DNA of 52,606 nucleotides, the filler included, from Bipalium vagum (lineage: Eukaryota): NCBI GenBank assembly GCA_037834085.1. It is 3 parts of 3 records of this genome, joined end to end, with 100 filler letters (N's around TTAATTAATTAA, not from the genome) between each part and the next. Parts side by side here need not be neighbours in the genome. Positions count along the whole stretch, not along the records: positions 18,568 to 35,774 come from JBBMKC010074516.1; 2 more parts are not named here. One strand, given 5' to 3'. Below are positions 24,870 through 35,874 of the stretch, piece by piece. Both the position numbers and the translations under genes were made by a program. The notes below the pieces were generated by a model. That model was not told the origin of the DNA and did no database searches. It saw only the letters and a list, made by a program, of their open reading frames with translations. Position 1 is the stretch's first letter. The number at the start of each line of letters is the position of its first letter.

Positions 24870-27800
24870 TAATTATAATAAAAAAAATAATAATTTATAA
24901 ACAATAATAAAAAAAATATAATAAATAATAAATAATAATAATAAATAATTTTAATAATAAAATATAATAATGATAATACTACTATTAAATAATAATTATA
25001 TTACTACTACTACCATTAATAATAATAAATAATAAATCAATATATCAATAAAAATAAATTTAAAAATCAATAATAATAAATTTTCTATAATTGACGACTC
25101 TCTGACTATTTCTTCTTTGAGAACAGGACTCAATTTGCACTAAGGAGTTGATTGAGCTGTCCAACCCTGGAGCAAGTGGATCGATCTTTTACATAACGTC
25201 CGATGACGAATTTATCATCAAAACCGTTCAGAAGAGAGAAGCGAAATTCTTACGGAAATTACTACCAGAGTATTTCATCAATTTGATGCAGCACCCGAGA
25301 ACGTTGCTGCCAAAATTTTACGGTCTTTATTGTTACGAGGTGAGGAATAGATTCAGATGAGTTGTCTTCATGTTTCTCTTTCATTTCTTTTGTTTTGTTA
25401 ATTCTCGTCCCTCCGTTTATTTTGTCGTGTGGTGTTGTGTAAATTGGGATTTCGGACAGAGGAAGTTGGTTAGAATTTGACGAGGACGTCAATTAGAAAT
25501 TAGTTGAAAGAGAGAACAGTTAAGAGCGAATTAGAAAGGGGGCATTGTCGTGAGAATATGGGATTTTGAGATTGGATGAGCTATTGCACTGAGTGGAGAG
25601 AGGGTGGTTCAGATATAGAATTGGGTATTTGGTAAACTGTGTCACAGTTCTTTGGAGAAGGACCTGTAGATTTGAAGGTCTGAATTGGCAGATGTTTCGA
25701 GTCAGTTGTTGCTAAGGTGACGTGACTGAGAAAGAAGTGGTTTTAGGTTAGTATTTTTAGTTAGGAAGTCAAGCTTACAGTGCGTCACCTATGAATAGGA
25801 GAAACTGAGCTCTGTCAGGTAACAAGGGAAACGAAGTCCCTGTGTACTTGTGAAAAAGAAGAGAATTGGTGACATAGGAGAGACACGAAAGTCAAGACAA
25901 GCAATAATAAGTGGAAGACGATTTAGTGGGTGTTCCATTAATTTTGAAGAAAACGCGACCGTAGTGGGGTGGAAAAGTACTCGGAATGTTTTATTATTAT
26001 TGTTATTATCGGTTTTTTAATTGTCAACAGACAATGGGGAAAAACATTCGCTTCGTTGTCATGAACAATCTGTTGCCATCAATACAGATCCATGAAAAAT
26101 ACGATTTGAAAGGGTCAACGTTCAAGCGCTACGCCAACGAAAAGGAGCGGTCCAAGGCCTGTCCCACTTTAAAAGATCTGGATTTCAAGTAATTTTTTCC
26201 CTATGTCTCTTTCTGCACCTTTACCTTATGTTCCATTGCTTTTTCCATAGGTTTTTTGAATTTGTATATCTATTTTCTTTCTATTTCATATTTTTGCCGT
26301 TTCTCTATCTCTTGTGTTTTTGTTACCGAAACACTTGAACAATTTATTTAATAAATATAATAATGAAGATAATAATAATCATTATAATAAAATAAAACAA
26401 TAATCAGTTAATAATAATTAATAATGATAAGGAAAATAAATATGAATAAAAAATAAGAATCGATTATCTATTTCAAATAAAATAATGATAATCGATTAAA
26501 ATTGATTAAACAATAAAAAATTAATCAAAAGTATAATTATCGATTTTATATATTAAATAAAATGGATCATTGTTTAATATTGATTGAACAAAAAATTAAA
26601 AATTTAATGAATAAATAAATAATGTGACAAATAAAATAATAATAAAAATAAAAATAAATAATAAGAATAAAAATAAAAATAAAAAAAGAATAAAATTAAA
26701 TAATAAGAATAAAAAAAGAATACAATTAAATAATAAAATAAAATAATAATAAAATAATAATAAATAATAAGAATTAGAAATATATAATAATTGATTACTT
26801 CTATTATATAAAATAGTTGTATCGTTTAAAATTGATTGATAGAAATTTATCAGACAGAATTACCCGGACGGACTGATCCTCGAGCCTGAGACCTACGATG
26901 CTTTGATGTCGACAATTTCCCGCGACTGTACGGTGAGAATTTTTGGATTTCGACAGCTGAATTTATATTGATTTTATTTTCCTTTCATTTTTCACTTCCA
27001 ATCGATTAATCGGTGAATTTTAAGGTGCTGGAATCGTTCAGTATTATGGATTTTTCCCTTTTGCTCGGGATTCACAATCTCAGTCAGACTACCAAATCGT
27101 TCAAGGTAAAAAATCGTTTTTTCAGAGAAAGAAAGAGAGAGGGAGAGACTGAAAAGGAAAAAAAGAAGCAGAGAAAGGAGGGAGAAAGAACTCCATTAAT
27201 TGTTTCTTTTCACTGTATCAACAGGAACCTTTGACGACGGCTACAGGACAGAAGACAGCAGACAGCGTTGCAGGAGTAGGCCAGGAAGCAAATGGAGGAC
27301 AAGGAGATTTGGACTCGGTTGCTGCTACCTCCATCGATGGGAGTAGAGTGAAAACGGCGACGACGACGACGACGACAACGGCGGGACCGTTGCGATCGTC
27401 AAGCTCGCGAACAAATCGATCTTTCAAACGAATTGCCGCGTACTCCACTCCTTTAGAATCGATTCAGAGGGCCGATTCCAATTGCCATGACCACTTTGTT
27501 GTAACGACATCGACCGGGGACAATTACGATTTGCCGTACAATTTGATCTTTGATCTGTCGTTCTCCCTTTTCTGTTATTTCTTATCTTGATCGCCTTCCT
27601 TCTTTTCGCTTTGGTTCTTTTTATTTTCCTTCATTCCTCGTTTCTTTTCTCTTTTCTTCATTGATCCTGTGTTAAAATTTTCTTTTCCTCTTTTTGTCCC
27701 ACCTTTCATTTATACTCTCCCCATCCCTTTCCTTTCCTTTATCCTTTCTTTTTTCTCTTAGCTATTTTTCATGTTCTTGTTTCTATTTTGATCTTCTTTT

Positions 27801-30800
27801 TCAATCCTCTTACCTTTTACTTTTTACCGTTTATTTTACTTTTTCTCTTTTTCTATTTTCTCATTTTTAATTCGACCTTTTTCGTCTTTATTCTTTTCTC
27901 TTTTGCTCGTTTTATATTTCTTCTTGTTCGTTGATATTTCCTACCTGGGTTGCATTTCAATTTGTGTCTCCACAGGCCTGGCGGCATTCCGGCACGCACA
28001 AGCAAAGGAGAGCAGCTCTATCTCTATTTGGGAATCATCGACATTTTGCAGTCATATCAGCTCAACAAGAAACTGGAACACGGGTTCAAATCGCTTTTGC
28101 ACGACGGCGTTAGTCTTTCTCTTATCTTTTGTCTTTCTCCTCTTTTTTTCTCATCTCTTCTCTTCTCCTCTATTCTCAATTTTCTTTCATGTTTTATGCT
28201 CTCAATCTCAGCATTTCTTTTCCTTTATTTATTTATTTATTTCTTCTTTTTCTTTTTTCCTTTTCTTATTTTCCGGCTCAATTTCGTTCATAATTATTTT
28301 TACCAATTTTCATTGGTCTTTTTTGATTGTTATTCTTTTTATTAAGGAAACAATATCGGTAACAAATCCGACTTTTTATGCTCAGCGCTTTCAGGACTTT
28401 TTCAGTAAATTCGTCTTTAAAAGAGCACCTCAAAGTCAGTTTTCGNNNNNNNNNNNNNNNNNNNNNNNNNNNNNNNNNNNNNNNNNNNNNNNNNNNNNNN
28501 NNNNNNNNNNNNNNNNNNNNNNNNNNNNNNNNNNNNNNNNNNNNNNNNNNNNNNNNNNNNNNNNNNNNNNNNNNNNNNNNNNNNNNNNNNNNNNNNNNNN
28601 NNNNNNNNNNNNNNNNNNNNNNNNNNNNNNNNNNNNNNNNNNNNNNNNNNNNNNNNNNAAATTGTAAATTGTAATTTTTTTTTGTAAATTTTTATTGTAA
28701 ATTTTATCAATTATTTGATTGATTAAATATATTCTATTATTTATTTTTTAACGACTTTTTTTGAACAAATTATTCATTATCAATAAAAATTTTGTCATTT
28801 TAAAACATTTTTTTCTTTATATTTCCTTATATTTTTCATTTTTTATTTTCGTCTTCTCGTTCTTCCCTCCTTTGTTAAAGTCAAGAGAAACATTCACACT
28901 CATTAATTTCATGTTTAATTTTTCATTCAGTTTTACACTCTAACAAATAACGTCATTGTCGGTTATCGTTTTTCAGTGCAGCTACCCAACCGGAGGAGAA
29001 AGTTTAAGAAGTTTGCCAATTTTGGTATGAAATAAGAGATAATAGAAAAAGGCCGCATACACACAATCAATTATTGAGAATGAAAAAAAATTTTTAAAAA
29101 TAATAATAAATGATAATACTATTTCTGTTATTAATAATAACTATAATAACAAAAAATCTATAATTAAAATAATAATAAAAAAATAATCAATAATATTTAC
29201 AATTGATATATATTAATCGATTAATTATGCTTCTGTGTGTTTTTTTGTGGACATATAACCTGCTGCACTGATTTTTTAAACCATGTGTTCTAATTAAATT
29301 ATTATTATTATTATTATTAATTAATTAATTTATTTATTTTCATAAAAAAATATTTTTAATTTTTAAAACCGCTCAAAGAACTCAACACACACAAACACAC
29401 AAAAAAAACACTTTGATCACTATTTTGCTAACACATTGCTCTTTTTTTGAAAAATATTTCTATTTGATCGATAATTTTTTAATTTCAGTGAAATTTGCTT
29501 TAGGTAAGATTACATGTTCATTCTCTCTGCTTTTCCATGCAATTTTGCACTTTTCGAAATTATTTATTTTTTTATTCAAATATATTTTTTCCTGTTACTT
29601 TTTATCCATTTTCATATATTACTAGCAGCATTTAGATTTGTCAAATCTTTCATTTTTGATCTTTGTTAAATACCACAACGAATATCTCCTGATTGGCATC
29701 AGGGGAATTCGCAGACAAATTTAATATATCGATTTGATGTTCAATGAGAAAAGATAATATTGATGAGGATCGATGGCAAGGGTATTGTCATGCTTTAATA
29801 TGAATCTACACTTGCCAATTAGGTCAATGTTATTGACAATCTTGTTTTGATAGGTTGTAGATTTCAACGCCCCTTGTATTCGTTTCAAAAGTTCTACGCT
29901 GAATGGTGAAAAGTATCCCCACTATTCAGACATGTAGAATAACATTATTAGTACTAATAGGATCCTATCTTTCATGTTGAAACCGCCTAATTCTTTAGGA
30001 TCGACTATGATTATTGTGCGAAACATTGATTCATCACTGAAGACATGTGTCCATTTATCAACATACCATTGTTGTTTTTTAAGTATTGCACATTGCAATC
30101 TTCTCTTTTCCTTTGCTTATCATTGAACGATATATACAGGGTGCATCAGCAATTTGAGAACAAAGTTCGGTTTTTACGTTAGGTGGTGATATTTTTTAAG
30201 GAATTCATAAAATTTTCATAATTTTTGGCAGACAAATTACTTTATAAGCTGATCAAACATCTGTTCAATAATTTCTCCTTTTGCTTCAACTCGGCTTTGA
30301 AATGTCTTCTGGCTTTGATTTTCTCCTAGATCTTTTAATAAAAACTCGCAGACATGACCGAGATAGTTACGCGAGTGCTCCTTGTTATTTCTTTATATGT
30401 TGTCTGGATTTTCCCTTTCAAATATACTAAAAAATAATTTTTTTATGACCTGACTCATCGTTTAAAATCTAAACTTTAAATTAAGCATGGTAATCACCAA
30501 ATCTCTGATACCCCTAAAGAAACTTCTTGCATTAATAGAACCATCTTGTGTCGGATTTTCGTCACATTCATATTTCTGCTGTATTACAGCACACACAGAG
30601 TCGTCCATTCGGTTTTCCTTTCTTAGTTTTTCAACGTTAAAATTTACATACAATTCGTAAATTGATTATTTTGAGTTTTAAAAAGATTGAATTATTTTGT
30701 AAATTGATTTTTTATATTTTAATCAGATTAGATTAAGTTGAAAGTCACATAAAAAACATATCATTGTTCTTGAATTACTGATAAACCCTGTAAAAACATA

Positions 30801-32053
30801 TACATGATATGTGTATGATATTCTTATTTTTCTTTTTTATTTTCTTTGTATTTATTTTTTATATTACGGGTACAAATAACTATTGCGGTGTTTTTAATAA
30901 CCGAGACATGGTAATATCGAAACAAAATAAAAAATAATTTATTCAAAATAATGGCATTTGTTATCCACACATTTCTTCCATCTTTCAGCAAATTTATGGA
31001 TGTCATCCCAAAAGACCTTTTCAGGAGTCGAGATGAACCATCCATGGCGTTCTTCATCCTTCACACTGAAATCATCATTTCTGATTCTGAGCGATGTGTC
31101 CTGAGATATTTCATGTTTTCCATAAACATTGAATAATATTCTGCAACTTTCGGCGGCAGTTTTGTTCATCATGAAGTAATGAATGAGAACTTCCCGCAAG
31201 TGTTCTTTACTTGCCGTAAATATTGACATATTTAGATATACATTTTTTGAAATTATTAACATATTATAAAAATTTAGATGATTACTCTTTTAATTGGTTA
31301 TTATTCAAACAAATTGATTTATATTTTGATATCTCACTAAATCGATATTTAATAAATCCGCATTGTTTATTTGTATCCCTTATATATATTTATTTATACA
31401 TAAGTCATGTGCTTGGTGTATTTTTTGAAAATTTTTTTTTAATTGTATCTTACAAAGTCTTTTTTGTTTTATCGCTTCCTATCATTTCTTTTCTATTTCA
31501 TTTTCTTCATATAAAATCTTAATTCACATTTTCCGGAATATTTTTCTTTCCCTTGTGTAATTGATTTAAACAATTTCTTTCTCTTTTTCATGTATGTCAG
31601 AGTTACTACTGGAACCGATCGGTATTTGCATTTTCTTGATTCTACACGCTTTTTTGGTGTTTATATTTATTTATCCTAATATTTTTTGTTGCTTATTCAA
31701 AATGTGCTAAAACTCTTCGTGTGCTTTTGTGAGAATAGCCGAAACAATTGGGTTTCAAAAATATAATAACAGTTGCCAGAAAAAAAGTCTGAACGTTTTA
31801 ATGTATTTAAAAGGATGGGGAAAGAAATATAGAAAGTTATAAAGAAATGGAGAAGAAATAATTCAACCCAGGATACATGGATGGAAAGGAAAGAATGGAG
31901 GACTGAAAATAGTCGTGGACGTGCACAAGGAAAAGAAATCAAATTGAAGATAAGTGAAACTAAATTGGTCGTGAATGTAGGGAAAGTGTAGAATTAGACA
32001 ATCTGAAAGACGGAGAGTGACAAAATTGATTTAACTTATTGAAGCATCAATCC

Positions 32054-32117
<64 letters not shown>

Positions 32118-32615
32118 GATAAAGTCGATTAACTGTTTCCGGTTTCAGGTATGCGGAACTTCAAACGCCGTCAATCCAAAATGACAGGTTCAGTAATTTT
32201 CTATTGTCGCATTTTCGTTTGTGTTAATTACGTCGTTAGCTAGCAGCATGGAGTCTTTGCGCGCACACAAAAACACGTTTCAGTATTTGTGCTTGTCTTT
32301 ATTTTGTTCTGCATGCATTCGATTTGTTTGCCTGCTCAAAACATTCTTCTGCTTACACTCTCTCTCTCGCTTATCACTTTTACCTTCGTCTACTCTGTTT
32401 TTCCTTCTTTCATCTGTCATTTATTTCTCTTCTTCATCACTATCTCCTTTTGTACTCCTCTTTTCATTCCTGTCTGTCCCATCTCTTTCTCTCTTCTTGC
32501 ACACCATTCTTCATTCCTCTCTGTGCTCCTGACAACTATATCATCTTCTGCTTACCTAACATGCGCAGGTTGTTGTGAAAATCATCATCACTGCACAGCT
32601 CTTCATTGTCATTGA
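21927..32615 (+). CDS. PIP5K1: Type I phosphatidylinositol-4-phosphate 5-kinase, 12 exons, about 520 aa
   Basis: Exons 21927-22043, 22240-22488, 25127-25339, 26031-26188, 26854-26932, 27025-27105, 27225-27535, 27976-28108, 28347-28434, 28977-29024, 32149-32187, 32569-32615 sum to 1563 nt, in frame. Motifs: [81 protein letters not shown]. The last three exons are inferred from splice phase only, and an N gap lies in intron 9. Confidence 0.93.
23060..23785 (-). mobile_element. Merlin (IS1016/ISXO2-like) DNA transposon relic in PIP5K intron 2
   Basis: [58 protein letters not shown] 17-nt tandem repeat ataaaattctcttcctt occurs at 23658 and 23686, near the 5' end. Confidence 0.85.
25440..25980 (-). 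mobile_element. Possible non-LTR retrotransposon RT relic in PIP5K intron 3
   Basis: Ordered weak matches [19 protein letters not shown] resemble the RT segment V.ING...LSP.LF...LFADD. Very decayed. Confidence 0.4.
28446..28658. other. Plain assembly gap (213 N) inside PIP5K intron 9
   Basis: Run of N without the linker sequence. Confidence 0.95.
29650..30125 (-). mobile_element. Decayed Tc1-like transposase relic
   Basis: [36 protein letters not shown] and SANSPDAN occur in the expected order. Confidence 0.75.
30137..30790 (-). mobile_element. Non-autonomous Tc1/mariner element with TIRs and TA duplication
   Basis: Left ta-cagggtgcatcagcaatttgagaacaa vs right reverse complement ta-cagggtttatcagtaattcaagaacaa (5 mismatches in 29). 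C-terminal remnant [11 protein letters not shown]. Confidence 0.82.
30862..31384 (-). mobile_element. Internally deleted Mos1-like mariner with TIRs and an open 96-aa ORF
   Basis: Ends tattacgggtacaaataactattgcgg and reverse complement tataagggatacaaataaacaatgcgg (21/27). ORF 30939-31229 joins the N-terminal HTH ([18 protein letters not shown]) to the C-terminal tail ([23 protein letters not shown]). Confidence 0.88.
32055..32116 (+). repeat. (AAT)n microsatellite
   Basis: About 20 tandem AAT units ending ~30 nt before the exon 11 acceptor. Confidence 0.95.
32246..32315 (+). promoter_or_regulatory. Candidate RBFOX-type intronic splicing elements
   Basis: GCATG at 32246-32250 and TGCATG at 32310-32315, downstream of the 39-nt exon. 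Short motifs; function is inferred. Confidence 0.35.
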
Positions 32616-33019
32616 TTGGTGACGGAGACACACGGAAGGTGACGGTGATGCAACGGTGGTAATGATGACGATGATAATGAAGGAGCTGTGATACAAGCAC
32701 CGAAAAGAGCGTTCGCATAGCTATGTGAGGTGGGGTAAAGTTTTGCTTGTTTTTGTCTCTTCCCATTTTGGTAATGATCGGTGGGAATGAGGGTTTTCGT
32801 TTTTAATTATTTTTAAAATCATTTTTGGCCAATCCTATTTAAATGATAAATAATATTTTAAAAATATTAATAATTAAAATAATAAAATTAATATTATTAA
32901 TAACAAAAATAATATGTGAATATTCGGTCGTAAAGTGTGAAATGCATAGACTTAATACAGAACCTCTATTAGTGAAATTTTTGGGAAGGAACAATGAAAT
33001 AAATCAAAGTAAATGCATT

Positions 33020-33690
33020 GAATAACGATTTGCAATGTGTGGATGGTCAATATCAGAAATGAGTATTAATCTATCTTTAATGGCCAATCTCGGTGTTTTC
33101 TGCAAAATTCTTCATTTCTTCCAAATGAATGTGGTAGACTTGTGTTGTGATTGATTGAAGCTTGTTTTATGAAGCTACAGTGTATCAACCAAACACTTGT
33201 TTATCAAACAGTAACCATCTGCTTCTTTTGACGAATTTTCGGCGTCTAACCACTGTGCAGATTACTTACAATAATCTTATACGTTCAAATTTTCGTCACA
33301 CGTAACAATACGATGCAAAATTAAAACACTCTTATTCCGTTAGAGCAGAGAAATCCAGGCATTGGAACGCTTATTCATCTGAATATCCGTTAAGTCATAT
33401 GAAATCCATCGATGGACTTTTTTCTTTATTTGCACTAAATTCTCTTAAATAATTGGGTTAGAGACAAGAAATATTGCTGATAATTCTGTGGTAGATTGGG
33501 ATTTGTTGCTTTCCACTGTATGTTTCAATACGTCAATGTTGACATTGATTGCAGGATTACCACGAGATTGATTTTCAAAGTTAACAGCACCAGATCTGTA
33601 TTCTGCTTTGATTCGGCACAGTATCGCCAAAAAACATCTTTTGACAATGCGGGCTGAAGGATCTTCAACGGAAGTCATATATTACATGAC
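33020..33690 (-). mobile_element. Decayed mariner relic
   Basis: YRSGAVNFENQSRGNP..LKHTVESNKSQSTTELS..RWISYDLT..LHRIVTCDEN. Confidence 0.8.
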
Positions 33691-34089
33691 AATGAGAATT
33701 TTATATTTTCCCCTAACACTTAAACAGTAATTTAAAAATTATTTTTAAAAATATAAATTAATGTCTTTTTAAATAGTGTGGTTCTGACAAAATATTAAAT
33801 CAAGAATTATTAATTTTAAAAAAATTAATAATCAATTTGATAATCATTATATTGATAATCAAATTTAAAAATGACCAGATAAATTTATGCATTTTATACT
33901 TTAAGACCTAATAAATAGTATTAATAAAATAATTGTTGGGCTCACAGGCCACGAAACAGAGTTTAAAAATTCGTAGTTTTGGGAACCCATAAGTCAAAGG
34001 AGGTTTATAATAGAAAACTAATAAGAAATTAAAACCCGATTAAAAAAGGAAAATAAAAATAAAAAACTAAGTTTTTAAAAAAAATAATA

Positions 34090-34620
34090 AATATTTATCT
34101 CCAGGAGAAAGTCAAGGTCGCCCCAAAATAATTTTCGTAATTATCCGATTAAAGCGTCAAATATCTCATCTTCAAAATTATTTGAGTAAAATTAGAATTT
34201 TTAAATATCAGTCTATTATTTCTAGATCGGAGTAGTACTTGTCTGCTGTGATAGTCGCTACAGTATCTAACTGTGAGAAATGTATGACATCAGCTTTGAA
34301 CCATCAGGCGGTTAGCAGTATTTTTTGGAGTATGACACAGTTTTCTGACTAGGGAACAGAGATTGATTGCGCTAAGCTTCTTTGAGTATTATAAAAATCC
34401 AATTTTTAATTTCTTGTTATGATACGACTTAAAAAGGGATTGTTTCAATTTAGTAACAATAAAATTAGAGTTACTTATTTTTAGTGATTGTTTTAAAAGA
34501 AATTGGATCACATGACCAAACCTTTTAACCTTATCAACTCCATTCAATTGTCTTCAGACTAACAATGAATTTTTATGAAGATCCCGAACGGTATAAGTTG
34601 AATTTGATCGCATCTCATTC
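34090..34620 (-). mobile_element. Decayed mariner relic
   Basis: NNPFLSRIIT.. and KILLTA*WFKADVIHFSQL..TITADKYYSDL. Confidence 0.7.
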
Positions 34621-34679
34621 AGTAAATCAGTATTTTCAATGACGTTTCTGAGTCTAGTATTGTCTTTTGTTTTGTTTGT

Positions 34680-34980
34680 TTTGGTCCCTGATCACGAATC
34701 TGCACACCACTTTCCCCTAGCACACCAGATTTAGTCAAAAAACTAATTTAAAGTAAAAAAATTAATTAAAAAATATTTTAAATCGAATTTTTACTCAGAC
34801 CTCTTACGATTATGTTGTGTTGCAGTGCTACGAAATAAGAACCAACAGTATTCAGCCATCATTCTGATATTTCAGTTTCCCTGATATCTGTTCTCCACCT
34901 TGATAATGTCCTGTTTCTTTTATGTGGAAAAATAATCCAGATTTGAGTCTAAAAATGAAGTTCGATAACCTAGGACTTGA
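34680..34980 (-). mobile_element. DNA transposon C-terminal relic, Chapaev3-like (CMC)
   Basis: LHFLDSNLDYFP..QDIIKVENRYQGN*NIRMMAEYCWFL matches the recalled HFLHSHLDFFP..HQDI..ME.RYQG.W...M.ADYCW motif. The family name is from memory. Confidence 0.65.
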
Positions 34981-35609
34981 AAGTTTATAATCATCTTCTT
35001 TATTGGCTTTTCAAAATCGACAATAAATTATTTGATTATCGGACTAATTTATTTGCCGATAATTGATCAATCGAAAGATTAATCTTGCGTCGAGAGAATT
35101 ATCCACTGATCAAAACCAGCAATGTTTCTTTGTTAGGAAGTACGACTTAAATATTTTTCATTTGTTCCAAATTTTGAAACATACTTGCTTACTGCTGTCA
35201 TTTGGATCGACTGCAGACGAGCAAACCGGGGAGGCTTGACTAGCAGTCCCAGGACCAATTTTATTGTCATTACTTATTTTATATTTGTCGATATTGTAAA
35301 TTTATATTGTTTGGATAGCGGTATTGATTAACTCGACTGTTGTTTGATCTTATCTAATTCTTTACTTACGTCCTAATTGCTGTCTTTAATGATCTGGATT
35401 ATTTACAGATAAAGATTTATTGTGTAGTTGTGTTTTATTATCTGAACGAGGCTTTCCTATAGGAGGTAGATCATAGTCTTAAGTGAAGGGGTTATGGTTA
35501 GAGCTATGTGAAATGATTAATATTTAACATAATACTGATAAAATATCAATAACAAAATAGTCCATAAATAATAATTATTTAATATTTAATAAAAAAAATA
35601 TATTTAATA

Positions 35610-35774
35610 TAATATTTAATTTAATATTTAATTTAATATTTAATTTAATATTTAATAAAAAAATATTTATATTTATATTTAATTTAATATTTTATTTTTA
35701 TTTAATTTAATATTTATATTTAATTTAATATTTAATTTAATATTTAATTTAATATTTAATTTAATATTTAATTT
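35610..35774 (+). repeat. AT-only minisatellite, ~12-nt unit TTTAATTTAATA, at a contig end
   Basis: Tandem units visible directly, running into the linker. Confidence 0.85.
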
Positions 35775-35874
35775 NNNNNNNNNNNNNNNNNNNNNNNNNN
35801 NNNNNNNNNNNNNNNNNNTTAATTAATTAANNNNNNNNNNNNNNNNNNNNNNNNNNNNNNNNNNNNNNNNNNNN
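35775..35874. other. Artificial assembly linker (six-frame stop spacer)
   Basis: 44 N + TTAATTAATTAA + 44 N. Confidence 0.95.

Noticed and set aside
24250-24900. 109-aa ORF or nested gene in PIP5K intron 2
   Set aside because: No recognisable motif, a TTG start and an end in AAT low complexity; the opposite strand has stops. It may be an unclassified repeat.
27903-28710. Long Phe/Leu/Ser-rich ORFs (254 aa and others) as membrane proteins
   Set aside because: They run through polypyrimidine introns and an N gap; the real coding parts are PIP5K exons 8 and 9.
32221-32578. Hydrophobic ORFs in three frames
   Set aside because: This is a pyrimidine-rich intron that lacks stops for compositional reasons.
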